Shown piece by piece: positions 19,039-28,051 of a stretch of 64,000 nucleotides of DNA. Made by a program: the position numbers and the translations under genes. The number at the start of each line of letters is the position of its first letter. Position 1 is the first letter of the stretch. Under the pieces are notes generated by a model. It was not told where the DNA came from. It worked only from the letters and a program-made list of their open reading frames with translations, and searched no databases. The stretch is from Planctomycetota bacterium (GTDB lineage Bacteria > Planctomycetota > PLA2 > JAEUHO01): the NCBI GenBank assembly GCA_030065025.1, contig JASJDY010000014.1:13113-77112 (forward strand), written 5' to 3'.

Positions 19039-19650
19039 ATGACCACCCGCCTGACCACCCTCGTGCTCGCCGCCATTCTCGTCCTCGCTGTCGCCGGCAG
19101 CGGCTTCACCGAGGACAAGCCCGCCGAGAAGCCGCAGCCGATGAGCGAGGGCGAGATGTGGGCGAAGGCGGCCGAGCTGGCGACACCGTCCGCCGTCCAC
19201 AAGGACGTGCTTGCGCCCATGGCCGGGACGTGGTCCGCGACGGGCAAGGCGATCACGGGCATGGGCGAGATCCCGATTTCCGGCACCGCCGTGCAGACGC
19301 TCGTGATGGGCGGCCGCTTCATCCACGTCGCCTACGAGGGCCCCTTCATGGGAGGCAAGTTCGAAGGCGGCGGGTACATCGGCTACGACAACCAGTCGAA
19401 GACGTTCCAGCAGGCCTGGGTGATGACCATGGCGACGAGCATGGACGTGATGACCGGCACGTGGGACGCGAAGACGAAGACCATCACCTGGCGCGGCTCC
19501 ATGAAGGGCCCCGACGGCGTGACGTACGCGAAGCGCACGACCACCTGTTTCAAGGACGCGGACACGATGGTGAGCGAGTCCTTCGCGACCGGCCCGGACG
19601 GCAAGGAGCGCAAGGAGATGGAGATGACGTACAAGCGCTCCAAGAAGTAG
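19039..19650 (+). CDS. DUF1579 family exported protein
   Basis: Signal peptide, PSAVHK.LAPMAGTW, MGGRF, FEGGGYIGYDN, MEMTYKR. Confidence 0.75.
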   Translation: MTTRLTTLVLAAILVLAVAGSGFTEDKPAEKPQPMSEGEMWAKAAELATPSAVHKDVLAPMAGTWSATGKAITGMGEIPISGTAVQTLVMGGRFIHVAYEGPFMGGKFEGGGYIGYDNQSKTFQQAWVMTMATSMDVMTGTWDAKTKTITWRGSMKGPDGVTYAKRTTTCFKDADTMVSESFATGPDGKERKEMEMTYKRSKK

Positions 19651-19663
19651 CCGCGCCTGATCG

Positions 19664-20863
19664 TCAGAAGTCGATCCGTACGATGCCCCAGAGGCCGTCC
19701 ACCTTGCGCAGGTGGTAGGTGCGCTGTGTGCCGCCGCCGAAGTTCGCATGGGCCTGGAAGACGACCTCGTCGGCGGTCTCCTTCTTCACCTTGCCCGTAC
19801 CGAAGGTCATCGCGAGCAGCCGGCGGGTGTTGTGCACATCGCGGCGCTTCGAGTTCGCGAGGAACTCCTTGATCCAGGCGGCCTTGAACTCGGTGAGCGG
19901 CTTGCTCGCGTCCCAGCGCTTCACGACCTTCGTCTCGTGCTCGTACATGAGCTGCCAGTGGAACGCTTCCGCGAGCAGCTCCTTGCGCGCCATGTGGTAG
20001 CCGAAGCCGAACTTGATGAACGCGCGCTTCCAGGTGGTGGCCGGCTCGGCAGGATCCTCGCTGATGCGCGCGCCGCCCAGCCCGCGCGGAACGATCCGCA
20101 CCGGACCGTTGCGGCTCACCATCGCGATCAAGCGCTTGTGGTCTCGCGAGAGGTGCAGCGTCCACGTCGTGCCGCCGTTCGCGAGATCCACGAGCGAGGT
20201 CTCGAAGCGCTTGCCGGCGTGCTCGAAGGTCCCCTGTCCCCGCACGGTGAGGCGCATGGGCTCGTCGTTGTTCGCCTTGGCGGGCGCCTTGAACGAGGGG
20301 TTCGGCACCCACGGCAGGGCGTAGGCCGTGCCCGGCACCGGCTTGATCGCGCGCAGGAAGAGGAGCGCCGCCCCGCCCGTACCCGAGGCGCCCGTCGGCG
20401 CCTTCATGGTCAGCTTCTCGGGCTTGCTCCAGTCCTCGCCCTTCTTGACGCGACGCGAGATGTCGAAGCCACTGTCGGTGCGCGCGAAGCCGATCGAGAT
20501 CGCCGAGCCTTCCTCACTGCGCTCGAACACACCGCTGCGGATGGCGAGATCCCGGCCGACGTGAAGCGTCACGTTTTCGCGCACCTCGCCGCCCTGGAAG
20601 TCGAGGAAGCTGCGCTCGCTCACGCGCCAGACGGCGTCAGGACCCAGCTTCGTAGCCCGTGCGCTGAGCGTGATCTCGCCCGCCCACAGATCCTGGATCA
20701 GCAGATCCCCTTCGTACTCGAGGGAGATGGCCGGCGTGGGCTCCGGCAGGTTCGCTCGCACGGCATCCGCACGTTTGCGGGCCGCGGCGACATCCTCGGG
20801 CCCGGCATGAGCGGGCGCGAGCAGCAGGAGCAGGACGACGAAGACGAGGCTGGGGCGAGGCAT
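19664..20863 (-). CDS. Hypothetical exported protein
   Basis: Signal peptide, long ORF with genome-typical codon usage. No recognised family. Confidence 0.65.
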   Translation of the reverse strand: MPRPSLVFVVLLLLLAPAHAGPEDVAAARKRADAVRANLPEPTPAISLEYEGDLLIQDLWAGEITLSARATKLGPDAVWRVSERSFLDFQGGEVRENVTLHVGRDLAIRSGVFERSEEGSAISIGFARTDSGFDISRRVKKGEDWSKPEKLTMKAPTGASGTGGAALLFLRAIKPVPGTAYALPWVPNPSFKAPAKANNDEPMRLTVRGQGTFEHAGKRFETSLVDLANGGTTWTLHLSRDHKRLIAMVSRNGPVRIVPRGLGGARISEDPAEPATTWKRAFIKFGFGYHMARKELLAEAFHWQLMYEHETKVVKRWDASKPLTEFKAAWIKEFLANSKRRDVHNTRRLLAMTFGTGKVKKETADEVVFQAHANFGGGTQRTYHLRKVDGLWGIVRIDF

Positions 20864-20891
20864 GGCCCGAGGGTACCGGACGCGTCGGCGA

Positions 20892-22283
20892 TCAGTCCTT
20901 CACGGGCAGGCCGCTGGGCACGCTGTCGGGGATGTCGCGCAGCAGGTTGACCGACGACGGATCCGTCAGCGCGTGCAGGAACGCCATCAGGTCGTCGAAC
21001 TCCGCATCGCTGAGTCCCACCGACACCGGGTGGTCCGGGCTGAGCGCCGCGGCGCGCGCCGCCTGGCGGGTCGGGTCCGTGTCGACCATCGTGTCGAACG
21101 GCACCGGTAGCTGGCTCACGTCGAAGTTCGCCAGGCTACTCAGCGGATCCAGGTGGTGCCGCACCGCCGCCTCCAAGGTGGTGAAGGCACCGGCGTGCAT
21201 CCACGGGCCCGTGAGCGCGATGTTGCGTAGCTGAGGCGTCCGGAACTTGTAGTTGTCGGCGGGGTCGCCGGTCTCCAGAGCCAGGCCGCGGTCCTCGTCG
21301 GCCTCGACCTTGCCGGGGCCCACCTGCGGCGCCCCTACCGCGTGGTGCTCGAAGTCCGAGAGCAGCGGACCGTTGTGACAGTTGGCGCAGCTGGCGCGCC
21401 CGAAGAAGAGCAACGCGCCGCGCTTCTCTGCATCGCTAAGCGCGCTCGTGTCGCCGCCGAGGTAGCGATCGAACGGTGAGTCGAGCGCCGTCCACGTCTC
21501 GCGCTCGAACGCGGCGATCGCGCGTGCCGCGTGACCGAAGTTGAAGTCGTTGAAGTCCGAGACGGACGGGTAGGCGGCGAAGAACAGCGCCTCGTACGCG
21601 GGGATCGCGGCGAGGCGATCCATGAGCGCGTCCCACACGCCGGCGTTGGTCGTCGCGTCGCGCAGCGGATCGGGATCGCCGGGCAGGGACTGACCGCGCA
21701 TCTCCTCGCGCGAAGTGACCGGGAACATCGCCTGCGCGGCGAGCGCACTCCCGAGCTGCAGCGCATGAGGCAGTGCGGGTGCGGCCGTGTTCAGCCCCGG
21801 CTCGGGCGTGGTGAGGACGCCGGTGAGCGGATCACGCACCACGCGGCTGTCCCAGAACATCGAGTCGACACCCGTCACGCCGCCGTTGAAGAGATGCGGC
21901 GCGTTGCGCGGGATGAAGTGGCTGGTCCCCTGCTCGCGGTTGGCGCCCGTGCCGATGCCGCCCTCACCGAACGACACGGGCAGGTTGTCGCCGGTGCCTG
22001 CGGTGGGGTGATGGCACGTTGCGCACGAGATGTTGCGATTGCCGGAGAGCTCCTTGTCGAAGAACAGGGCTCGGCCGAGCGCGACGAGGTCGGCGTCCTC
22101 GGGCTGCGGGCGCGAGATCGGCTGAACGTTCGCCGCGGCGAGCGCGGTCGTCAGCTCCTCGTCGAGCGGATCGACGTTCGGGTTCTCGTCGAGGAAGATG
22201 AAGCGGTCGTCGCCGGCGGCACCGCAACCCGCCAGAACCGCAACCGCGAGGGCAAGAACGAACAGTGAACAGCTCGCGCGCAT
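20892..22283 (-). CDS. Di-heme cytochrome c peroxidase (CCP/MauG family) lipoprotein
   Basis: Two CxxCH motifs (CATCH, CANCH), LGRALFFD, RNAP, FWDSR, FRTPQLRNIALTGPWMHAG. Lipobox LAGC. Confidence 0.9.
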   Translation of the reverse strand: MRASCSLFVLALAVAVLAGCGAAGDDRFIFLDENPNVDPLDEELTTALAAANVQPISRPQPEDADLVALGRALFFDKELSGNRNISCATCHHPTAGTGDNLPVSFGEGGIGTGANREQGTSHFIPRNAPHLFNGGVTGVDSMFWDSRVVRDPLTGVLTTPEPGLNTAAPALPHALQLGSALAAQAMFPVTSREEMRGQSLPGDPDPLRDATTNAGVWDALMDRLAAIPAYEALFFAAYPSVSDFNDFNFGHAARAIAAFERETWTALDSPFDRYLGGDTSALSDAEKRGALLFFGRASCANCHNGPLLSDFEHHAVGAPQVGPGKVEADEDRGLALETGDPADNYKFRTPQLRNIALTGPWMHAGAFTTLEAAVRHHLDPLSSLANFDVSQLPVPFDTMVDTDPTRQAARAAALSPDHPVSVGLSDAEFDDLMAFLHALTDPSSVNLLRDIPDSVPSGLPVKD

Positions 22284-22343
22284 ACCGCCTCCAAGGCTCC
22301 GCCATCGGTATCGGCAAGCGCAGGGCAGGACTTGCGCCCCGTT

Positions 22344-23234
22344 TCAGCCCGATGAGGGTAGTCCGCGGGGCTGCTGACGCAAGGCATGTGCCGCGGTCGC
22401 CAGCAGGATGATCAGGGCGCCGGCGCGTGACCAGGGACCAGGGACCTCACCGTGGACCAGCCAGGCCCACACCGTGTTCAGCACGGGCTCCACCAGGAGC
22501 AGCAGCGCGCCCTCGAGCGCCGGCACCCGGCGCATGCCCGCGGTCATGAAGACGTACGCCAGCCCGATCTGGAACACCCCCAGGTAGCCGACCAGGGCCC
22601 AGTCCACGAGGCGTCCGCCCTCCACCGGGAAGGCGAACGGGATGCAGACCACGAACACGAACAGGTTGCCGAGCACGGTAGCGCCGGCGGCAGCGCCGGC
22701 GGGGCTCCCGCCGGCCGCCCCCTCCTCGCGCGCGATCCAGCGCAGGCCCGCGACCGTGAGGGCCCACGTGATGGCGCTGCACGCGCCGAGGACGTTGCCG
22801 AGCAACGGGTCGGTGGCCGTACGACGCGCCGGTTCCGCGCCGGCGAAGAAGAGCGCGAGGCCGACCGCGAGGGCGGCCATGAAGCCCAGGTCGCGACGGC
22901 GCACGGGCTCCTTGAGCAGGAGCGGGGCGATGACGAGCATGTACAACGGCGCGGTGGACTGCAGGAAGATCGCGTTCGCCGCGGTCGTGAGCTTGTTGGC
23001 CAGGACGTACAGGATGAGCGTGGCGGCATAGGCGAGGCCCACGAGCGCCTGCCGCCGGTTCCAGCCGCGCCGCGCGGCCGGGATCATCGCGAACAGCGCG
23101 AGGGCCGCGATGCCGCTGCGGAATCCCGCAACCTGCCAGCCGGAGAATCCGCACCCCTTGATCGCAGCGCCGCCGGTCGAGAACAGCAGCGCTGCGGCGA
23201 GCATGCACCAGCGGGCGGTCTTCCGGCTCTCCAC
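22344..23234 (-). CDS. EamA/DMT family transporter
   Basis: About 10 TM, duplicated EamA pattern, QSTAP, GVFQIGLAY, EPV. Confidence 0.85.
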   Translation of the reverse strand: MESRKTARWCMLAAALLFSTGGAAIKGCGFSGWQVAGFRSGIAALALFAMIPAARRGWNRRQALVGLAYAATLILYVLANKLTTAANAIFLQSTAPLYMLVIAPLLLKEPVRRRDLGFMAALAVGLALFFAGAEPARRTATDPLLGNVLGACSAITWALTVAGLRWIAREEGAAGGSPAGAAAGATVLGNLFVFVVCIPFAFPVEGGRLVDWALVGYLGVFQIGLAYVFMTAGMRRVPALEGALLLLVEPVLNTVWAWLVHGEVPGPWSRAGALIILLATAAHALRQQPRGLPSSG

Positions 23235-23266
23235 GCGCCCACCCTACCCAGGCCGGGCGTCGGAGC

Positions 23267-23644
23267 TCAGACGTGCCGGCCGAGCGCGAGACCGAGCCAT
23301 ACGGCGGCGAAGCCCACGCCCAGCTGCAGCGCGACGTTCAGCACGGCGGAGCCGGTCTGGCCCACGCGAAGCAGCTCCACCGTCTCGTAGCCGAACGCGG
23401 AGAAGGTCGTGAAGCCTCCGAGCAGGCCGGTCAGCAGGAAGGCCTGGCGCTCGGGTGTGAAGGCGCCGCGTACCTCGGCGAGACCGCCCAGGAGCCCGAT
23501 GCACAGGCAGCCGAGGACGTTGACGGTCAGCGTGCCGACGGGGAACCAGGGCGAGCCGGCGAGTCGCTGGGTCAGGCCGCTGAGGCCGTGGCGGCCCACG
23601 GCTCCCAGGAATCCACCGAGACCCACGAACAGGAGGTTGCTCAT
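23267..23644 (-). CDS. crcB: Fluoride channel CrcB/FluC
   Basis: GGFLGA, GTLTVNVLGC, GLLGGFTTFSAF signature. Confidence 0.95.
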   Translation of the reverse strand: MSNLLFVGLGGFLGAVGRHGLSGLTQRLAGSPWFPVGTLTVNVLGCLCIGLLGGLAEVRGAFTPERQAFLLTGLLGGFTTFSAFGYETVELLRVGQTGSAVLNVALQLGVGFAAVWLGLALGRHV

Positions 23645-23677
23645 CGCGCCTGAGGATGCAGCAACCCGGGGACGCGG

Positions 23678-23714
23678 TTGACAAATATGCCTGATGCATA
23701 TATGCTATGAGCAT
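23678..23714 (+). promoter_or_regulatory. Sigma70 promoter with overlapping palindromic operators (probable NrtR site)
   Basis: TTGACA (23678-83), 17 nt, TATGCT (23701-06). Dyads ATATGC-n5-GCATAT (23685-23701) and ATGCT-n3-AGCAT (23702-14). Confidence 0.75.
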
Positions 23715-23730
23715 CTAAGTCGGAGACGCC

Positions 23731-24480
23731 ATGACCCCTCGCGATGCCCGCCCCGCCGACGAACGCTCCTTCCTGGCGTCCTACGACGCCTCGGCCTTCC
23801 CCCACCCCTCGGTCGCCGTCGACGTCGCGGTCGTCACCATCGAGGACGGCGAGCTCAAGGCGCTCCTGGTCCGACGCACCGAGCACCCCCACCGCGGCCG
23901 CTGGTCGCTCCCCGGTGGCTTCGTCGGCATGCGGGAATCACTCGACGCCGCGGCCCGGCGTGTCCTCGCCGGCAAGGGCGGCCTGTCGAAGGTCTACCTC
24001 GAGCAGCTCTACACGTTCGGCGCACCCAAGCGCGATCCGCGCACGCGCGTGATCTCCATCGCCTACTACGCGCTCGTGCATCCCGGCAAGCTGCGCGACA
24101 TCGGGATCGAGAGCGACACCTCCCGACTCGCCACGCTGCAGGTGCCCTGGGCGGGCGAGGAAGGCGGACGCGTCCACGCGGTCGACGAGCGCGGCCGCAA
24201 GCTCCCGCTCGCGTTCGATCACGCGGACATGCTCGGCCTCGTCGTGCTCAGGCTCCGAGGCAAGCTGGATTACGCGGGCATCGGCTTCGAACTCCTCCCC
24301 CGCGAGTTCACGCTGCGTCAGCTCCAGACCGTGTACGAGACGATCCTCGATCGCAGCCTGAACAAGGACTCGTTCCGCCGCCGCATGCTCGCGTCGGGAC
24401 GCGTCGTACCCACCGGGCGGCAGGAGGCGCACGTCGGTCATCGGCCTGCAGCCCTCTACCGCTTCTCCCGGGATGTGTAG
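23731..24480 (+). CDS. nrtR: NrtR-family regulator (degenerate Nudix + winged HTH)
   Basis: VAVDV, WSLPGGFV with the Nudix-box glutamates lost (RVLAGKGG), LEQLYTFG..RDPR, AFDH, FTLRQLQ..YE, NKDSFRRRM, RPAALYRF. Confidence 0.85.
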   Translation: MTPRDARPADERSFLASYDASAFPHPSVAVDVAVVTIEDGELKALLVRRTEHPHRGRWSLPGGFVGMRESLDAAARRVLAGKGGLSKVYLEQLYTFGAPKRDPRTRVISIAYYALVHPGKLRDIGIESDTSRLATLQVPWAGEEGGRVHAVDERGRKLPLAFDHADMLGLVVLRLRGKLDYAGIGFELLPREFTLRQLQTVYETILDRSLNKDSFRRRMLASGRVVPTGRQEAHVGHRPAALYRFSRDV

Positions 24481-24501
24481 CTCCGTCGAAAGGAGGCCAC
24501 C

Positions 24502-25557
24502 ATGGCCACCATCTCCTGCTTCTTCGGCCTGCGTCATCTGCGCAGCGATCCGAGCCACCACGTCCTCCATTACCGGCGTGGGCGCTGTGTGCGCTCCGGG
24601 CGGGGGCTCGCATTCTGGTTCCTGCCGCTCAGTGCGAGCCTGGTCGAGATCCCCCTGGATGACCGCGACGAGAGCTTCCTGTTCCACGCGCGCTCACGCG
24701 ACTACCAGGACGTCACGGCCCAGGGCGTGATCACCTACCGGGTCGCGGACCCCGAGCGCCTGGCCAGGCGCATCGACTTCACGATCGATCTGCACCGGGG
24801 ACTCCATCGCCACGAACCGCTCGAACAGCTGAGCGCGTTGCTGGTGCAGGCGGCCCAGCAGCACGCGTGGCGCTATCTCGCCGGCGGCGACGTCCGCGAG
24901 TTGCTCGCCGACGGCGTGGATCACGTCCGGGACCGCATCGCCGCTGGCCTCGAGGCCGACGACAACCTGGCGGCGATGGGCCTGGAGATCGTCGCGGTCC
25001 GCGTCGCGGCCGTCGCACCGACCGCCGATCTGGAGAAGGCGCTGCAGGCACCTGCCCACGAGGCGATCCAGCAGGAGGCCGACGAGGCGATCTTCCAGCG
25101 GCGCGCACTGGCCGTGGAGAAGGAGCGCGCGATCCAGGAGAACGAGCTGCAGAACCAGATCGAGCTCTCACGCCGTGAGGAGCAGCTCATCACGCAGCGG
25201 GGTCAGAACGACCGCCAACGCTCGCAAGAGGAGGCCGCGGCAGCACGCATCGGCGCGGAGGCCAAGGCAGAGCGTCGCCGCCTCGCGTCGGAGGCCGACG
25301 CCCTCGCCATCCGGCTCGTGGAAGAAGCACGGGTCCAGGCCGAAGGTGAGCGCGTTGCCATCTACCGCGATCTGCCCCGTCACGTGCTGGTAGGTCTCGC
25401 CGCGGCCGAGTTCGCCGGCAAGCTCGAGCACATCGACCACATCTCCGTCGGGTCCGACATGCTGGCGCCGGTGCTCACGGACCTCGTTCGGGCGGGCACG
25501 GAGCGCATCGAGCACGCCAACGGTGAAGCCAAGCGGCGTGGCCGAGGTGGCAAGTGA
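24502..25557 (+). CDS. SPFH/Band 7 (flotillin-like) domain protein
   Basis: SPFH core (DYQDVTAQGVITYRV) followed by an A/E/Q/R coiled coil (RRALAVEKERAIQENEL). Confidence 0.85.
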   Translation: MATISCFFGLRHLRSDPSHHVLHYRRGRCVRSGRGLAFWFLPLSASLVEIPLDDRDESFLFHARSRDYQDVTAQGVITYRVADPERLARRIDFTIDLHRGLHRHEPLEQLSALLVQAAQQHAWRYLAGGDVRELLADGVDHVRDRIAAGLEADDNLAAMGLEIVAVRVAAVAPTADLEKALQAPAHEAIQQEADEAIFQRRALAVEKERAIQENELQNQIELSRREEQLITQRGQNDRQRSQEEAAAARIGAEAKAERRRLASEADALAIRLVEEARVQAEGERVAIYRDLPRHVLVGLAAAEFAGKLEHIDHISVGSDMLAPVLTDLVRAGTERIEHANGEAKRRGRGGK

Positions 25558-26492
25558 CCGCCGCCACGCGGCGAGGGGTCCGCACGGCGGCGGCGCGCAC
25601 AAGCGCGCCCCCGCGCATCGTCGTCGTCACGCGGGCGTCCGAGTACGAGGGCCTGTTGCGCCGGCACGCGACAGCGCAACAGGCTGCGTTCTTCCTCGAG
25701 CAGCGTGGTTCTTCCCTCGAGGAGGTCCGCGCCCGACACGAGCGCATGGAGCATGTGCTCGCGGAGATCCGCGGCGCCCTGCCTGCGGACTGGCGGCGTG
25801 CGCACGTGAGGCGCGCCGATCTCGACCGCTTCCTGTTCGAGCCGTCCGACGTCGTCGTGGCGGTCGGCCAGGACGGTCTTGTCGCCAACACGGCCAAGTA
25901 CCTCGAAGGCCAGTCCGTGATCGGCCTGAACCCGGATCCCGAGCGCTACGAAGGTGTGCTGGTCCCCCACGCCCCGGTGCGCGCCGCCGAGCTCATGCAC
26001 GCCGCGGTCGACGGCACCGCGTCACACGAGGCCCGCACGATGGTCGAGGGCAGGCTGGACGACGGCCGCCACCTGCTGGCGCTCAATGAACTGTTCGTCG
26101 GCCACCGCAGCCATCAGTCGGCGCGCTACGTGATCGCGTACGGCAAGCGACGTGAGCAGCAGTCCTCCTCGGGTCTCATCGTGTCGACGGGCACGGGCGT
26201 CACCGGCTGGGCACGCTCGATCGCGCTGTCCCGCGGCTGCACGCTGCGCATGCCCGAGCCGGAAGACCGTGCGCTGGTCTTCTTCGTGCGGGAGGCGTGG
26301 CCGAGCGTGGCCACGGGCGCCGACCTCGTCGAGGGCGTGCTTCGCGACGGCCGCGAGCTCGCGGTGACATCGCGCATGGAGGCGGGCGGCGTCGTGTTCG
26401 GCGACGGCATCGAATCCGATCGCATCGAGCTGGCCTGGGGCCAGCGCATCTCCATACGCCGCTCGCGTCGGACCCTGCGTCTCGTGGTCTGA
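25554..26492 (+). CDS. Divergent NAD(+) kinase-like protein
   Basis: VGQDGL (variant of GGDG), ALNELFVG, SSSGLIVSTGTGVTGW, VVFGDG. GTGA overlap with the SPFH gene. Confidence 0.75.
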   Translation: MTAATRRGVRTAAARTSAPPRIVVVTRASEYEGLLRRHATAQQAAFFLEQRGSSLEEVRARHERMEHVLAEIRGALPADWRRAHVRRADLDRFLFEPSDVVVAVGQDGLVANTAKYLEGQSVIGLNPDPERYEGVLVPHAPVRAAELMHAAVDGTASHEARTMVEGRLDDGRHLLALNELFVGHRSHQSARYVIAYGKRREQQSSSGLIVSTGTGVTGWARSIALSRGCTLRMPEPEDRALVFFVREAWPSVATGADLVEGVLRDGRELAVTSRMEAGGVVFGDGIESDRIELAWGQRISIRRSRRTLRLVV

Positions 26493-26501
26493 CGTCGCGC
26501 C

Positions 26502-28013
26502 TCAGCGCACCTCGAAGATGAACGCGGCGGTCTTGTTGGGCTGCGAGCCGTCCTCGTTGAGCCCGCCACAGAAGAGGACGTTGCCGCTCGGGAGCACGGT
26601 CGCCGTGTGGTACGCCATGCCCGTGCCGAAGCGCACCGGCGTGGCGAATGTGTTCGCGCCGCCGAGGCCGCCTTCGACCAGCACGTCGCAGGACGCCTCG
26701 ATGAACGCGCCGCGCGAGAAGTCGATGCCGCCCGCCACGAGGATCTGGTCGGGCTTGATGCGTACGGCCGTCGCGTAGGAGCGCGGCCGATTGAGGCCGC
26801 TCCCCGTGTTCTGCACGCGGCCGGCGGTCGTCACCACCATCACCGTGCCCAGCAGATCGCCGCCGGCGATGGCGACGACACCACTATCGAAGCGGGCCAT
26901 GGCCGGACCGAAGCGTCCCTGGTCGCTCGCGCCCTGCCCGAGGTCCTCGAAGAGCCCCGTCGCGGTGACGTACCAGTCGTGGCGTCGATCGGCGTCGCTG
27001 CCGCCGCCCAGCACGATCTGTCCGAGTCCGTTGTCCACCATGCCGTGCGTGGTGCGTGTATGGGTCATCGACTCGACCAGCTGGGTGAACATGCCCGTCG
27101 CGGGGTCGTACACCTCGGCGCTCTCGAGATCCCGCAGGAAGCTCCCCTCGAGTCGGCTGCCGCCGGTGAGCAGCACGCGACCGTCGGGCAAGAGCGCGGC
27201 CGCGTGGTCGGCGCGCTGCGTCGTCATCGTCCCGGTCCGCGTGAACGTGTTCGTGGCGGGGTCGAACAGCTCGGCCGTCGCCGTGGTCGCGTTCTGCCCC
27301 GGTCCGCTCGAGATCCAGCCGCCCGCCAGCAGCACGCGGCCGTCCGCCAGCTTCGTGGCGGTGTGTGACGCGCGCGCGAGTCTCAGCGTGTCGCTCAGCT
27401 CGACGAACCGCTCCAGGCCCTCGAGGAACACTTCGGCAGAGGCCGTCGTGGAGCCCAGCAGCGTGAAGCCGCCCGTGATGAGCACGCGCTGGTCGTCGAG
27501 CAGGGTCGCCTCGTGTCCCTGTCGTCCGACGTTCAGCTGTCCGAGCGCGGAGCGCATCTGGTCCGCGGTGGGAAGCCCGTTCCCGGCCTCGGTGCGGGTC
27601 ACGAAGGTGAACTCGCTGCCGCCCTCCAGGGCCTCACCGTCGACGGAGCGCAGCGCGGCGGCGATCGTCCACCGGTAGAGCCGCCCCGGATCGAGGAAGC
27701 CGATCGGCCGCCAGCGGATCGAGGTGTTGCCTCCCGCCGCGTCGAGGGTGGTCGTCCCGGACACCTCCGTGCCGTCGAACGCGCGCACGAGGAGCGTGCT
27801 CGTGCCGAACGTGCCGACGTCGATCGCCTTGTTGAAGCGGACACTCACGTCGTCGTCGAGCTCGATGCCGAACTGACCGTCGAGCGGGTTCGTGGTGGTC
27901 ACGAAGAAGGCGGGCAGGGCGGCCCCTCCTCCCCCGCCGCCGCCGCAGGCGATCAGGAGGAGCAGCAGGCCCGGCAGCGCGGCGCAGGTGGCGGTTCGTC
28001 GTCGCAGGTTCAT
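26502..28013 (-). CDS. Lipoprotein with Ig-like (Big_5-like) domain and 7 Kelch repeats
   Basis: Lipobox LIAC plus poly-Gly, VxFNKAID Ig-like motif, repeats of RxxHxAxxLxDGRVLxxGG. Confidence 0.85.
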   Translation of the reverse strand: MNLRRRTATCAALPGLLLLLIACGGGGGGGAALPAFFVTTTNPLDGQFGIELDDDVSVRFNKAIDVGTFGTSTLLVRAFDGTEVSGTTTLDAAGGNTSIRWRPIGFLDPGRLYRWTIAAALRSVDGEALEGGSEFTFVTRTEAGNGLPTADQMRSALGQLNVGRQGHEATLLDDQRVLITGGFTLLGSTTASAEVFLEGLERFVELSDTLRLARASHTATKLADGRVLLAGGWISSGPGQNATTATAELFDPATNTFTRTGTMTTQRADHAAALLPDGRVLLTGGSRLEGSFLRDLESAEVYDPATGMFTQLVESMTHTRTTHGMVDNGLGQIVLGGGSDADRRHDWYVTATGLFEDLGQGASDQGRFGPAMARFDSGVVAIAGGDLLGTVMVVTTAGRVQNTGSGLNRPRSYATAVRIKPDQILVAGGIDFSRGAFIEASCDVLVEGGLGGANTFATPVRFGTGMAYHTATVLPSGNVLFCGGLNEDGSQPNKTAAFIFEVR

Positions 28014-28051
28014 CGTGGGGACGCTTCGCGCGCCCGTAGCCCGCCTACATG

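Noticed and set aside
23645-23700. Fluoride riboswitch upstream of crcB
   Set aside because: No GGCGATGG-type aptamer consensus found on the minus strand. The gap is occupied by the divergent nrtR promoter.
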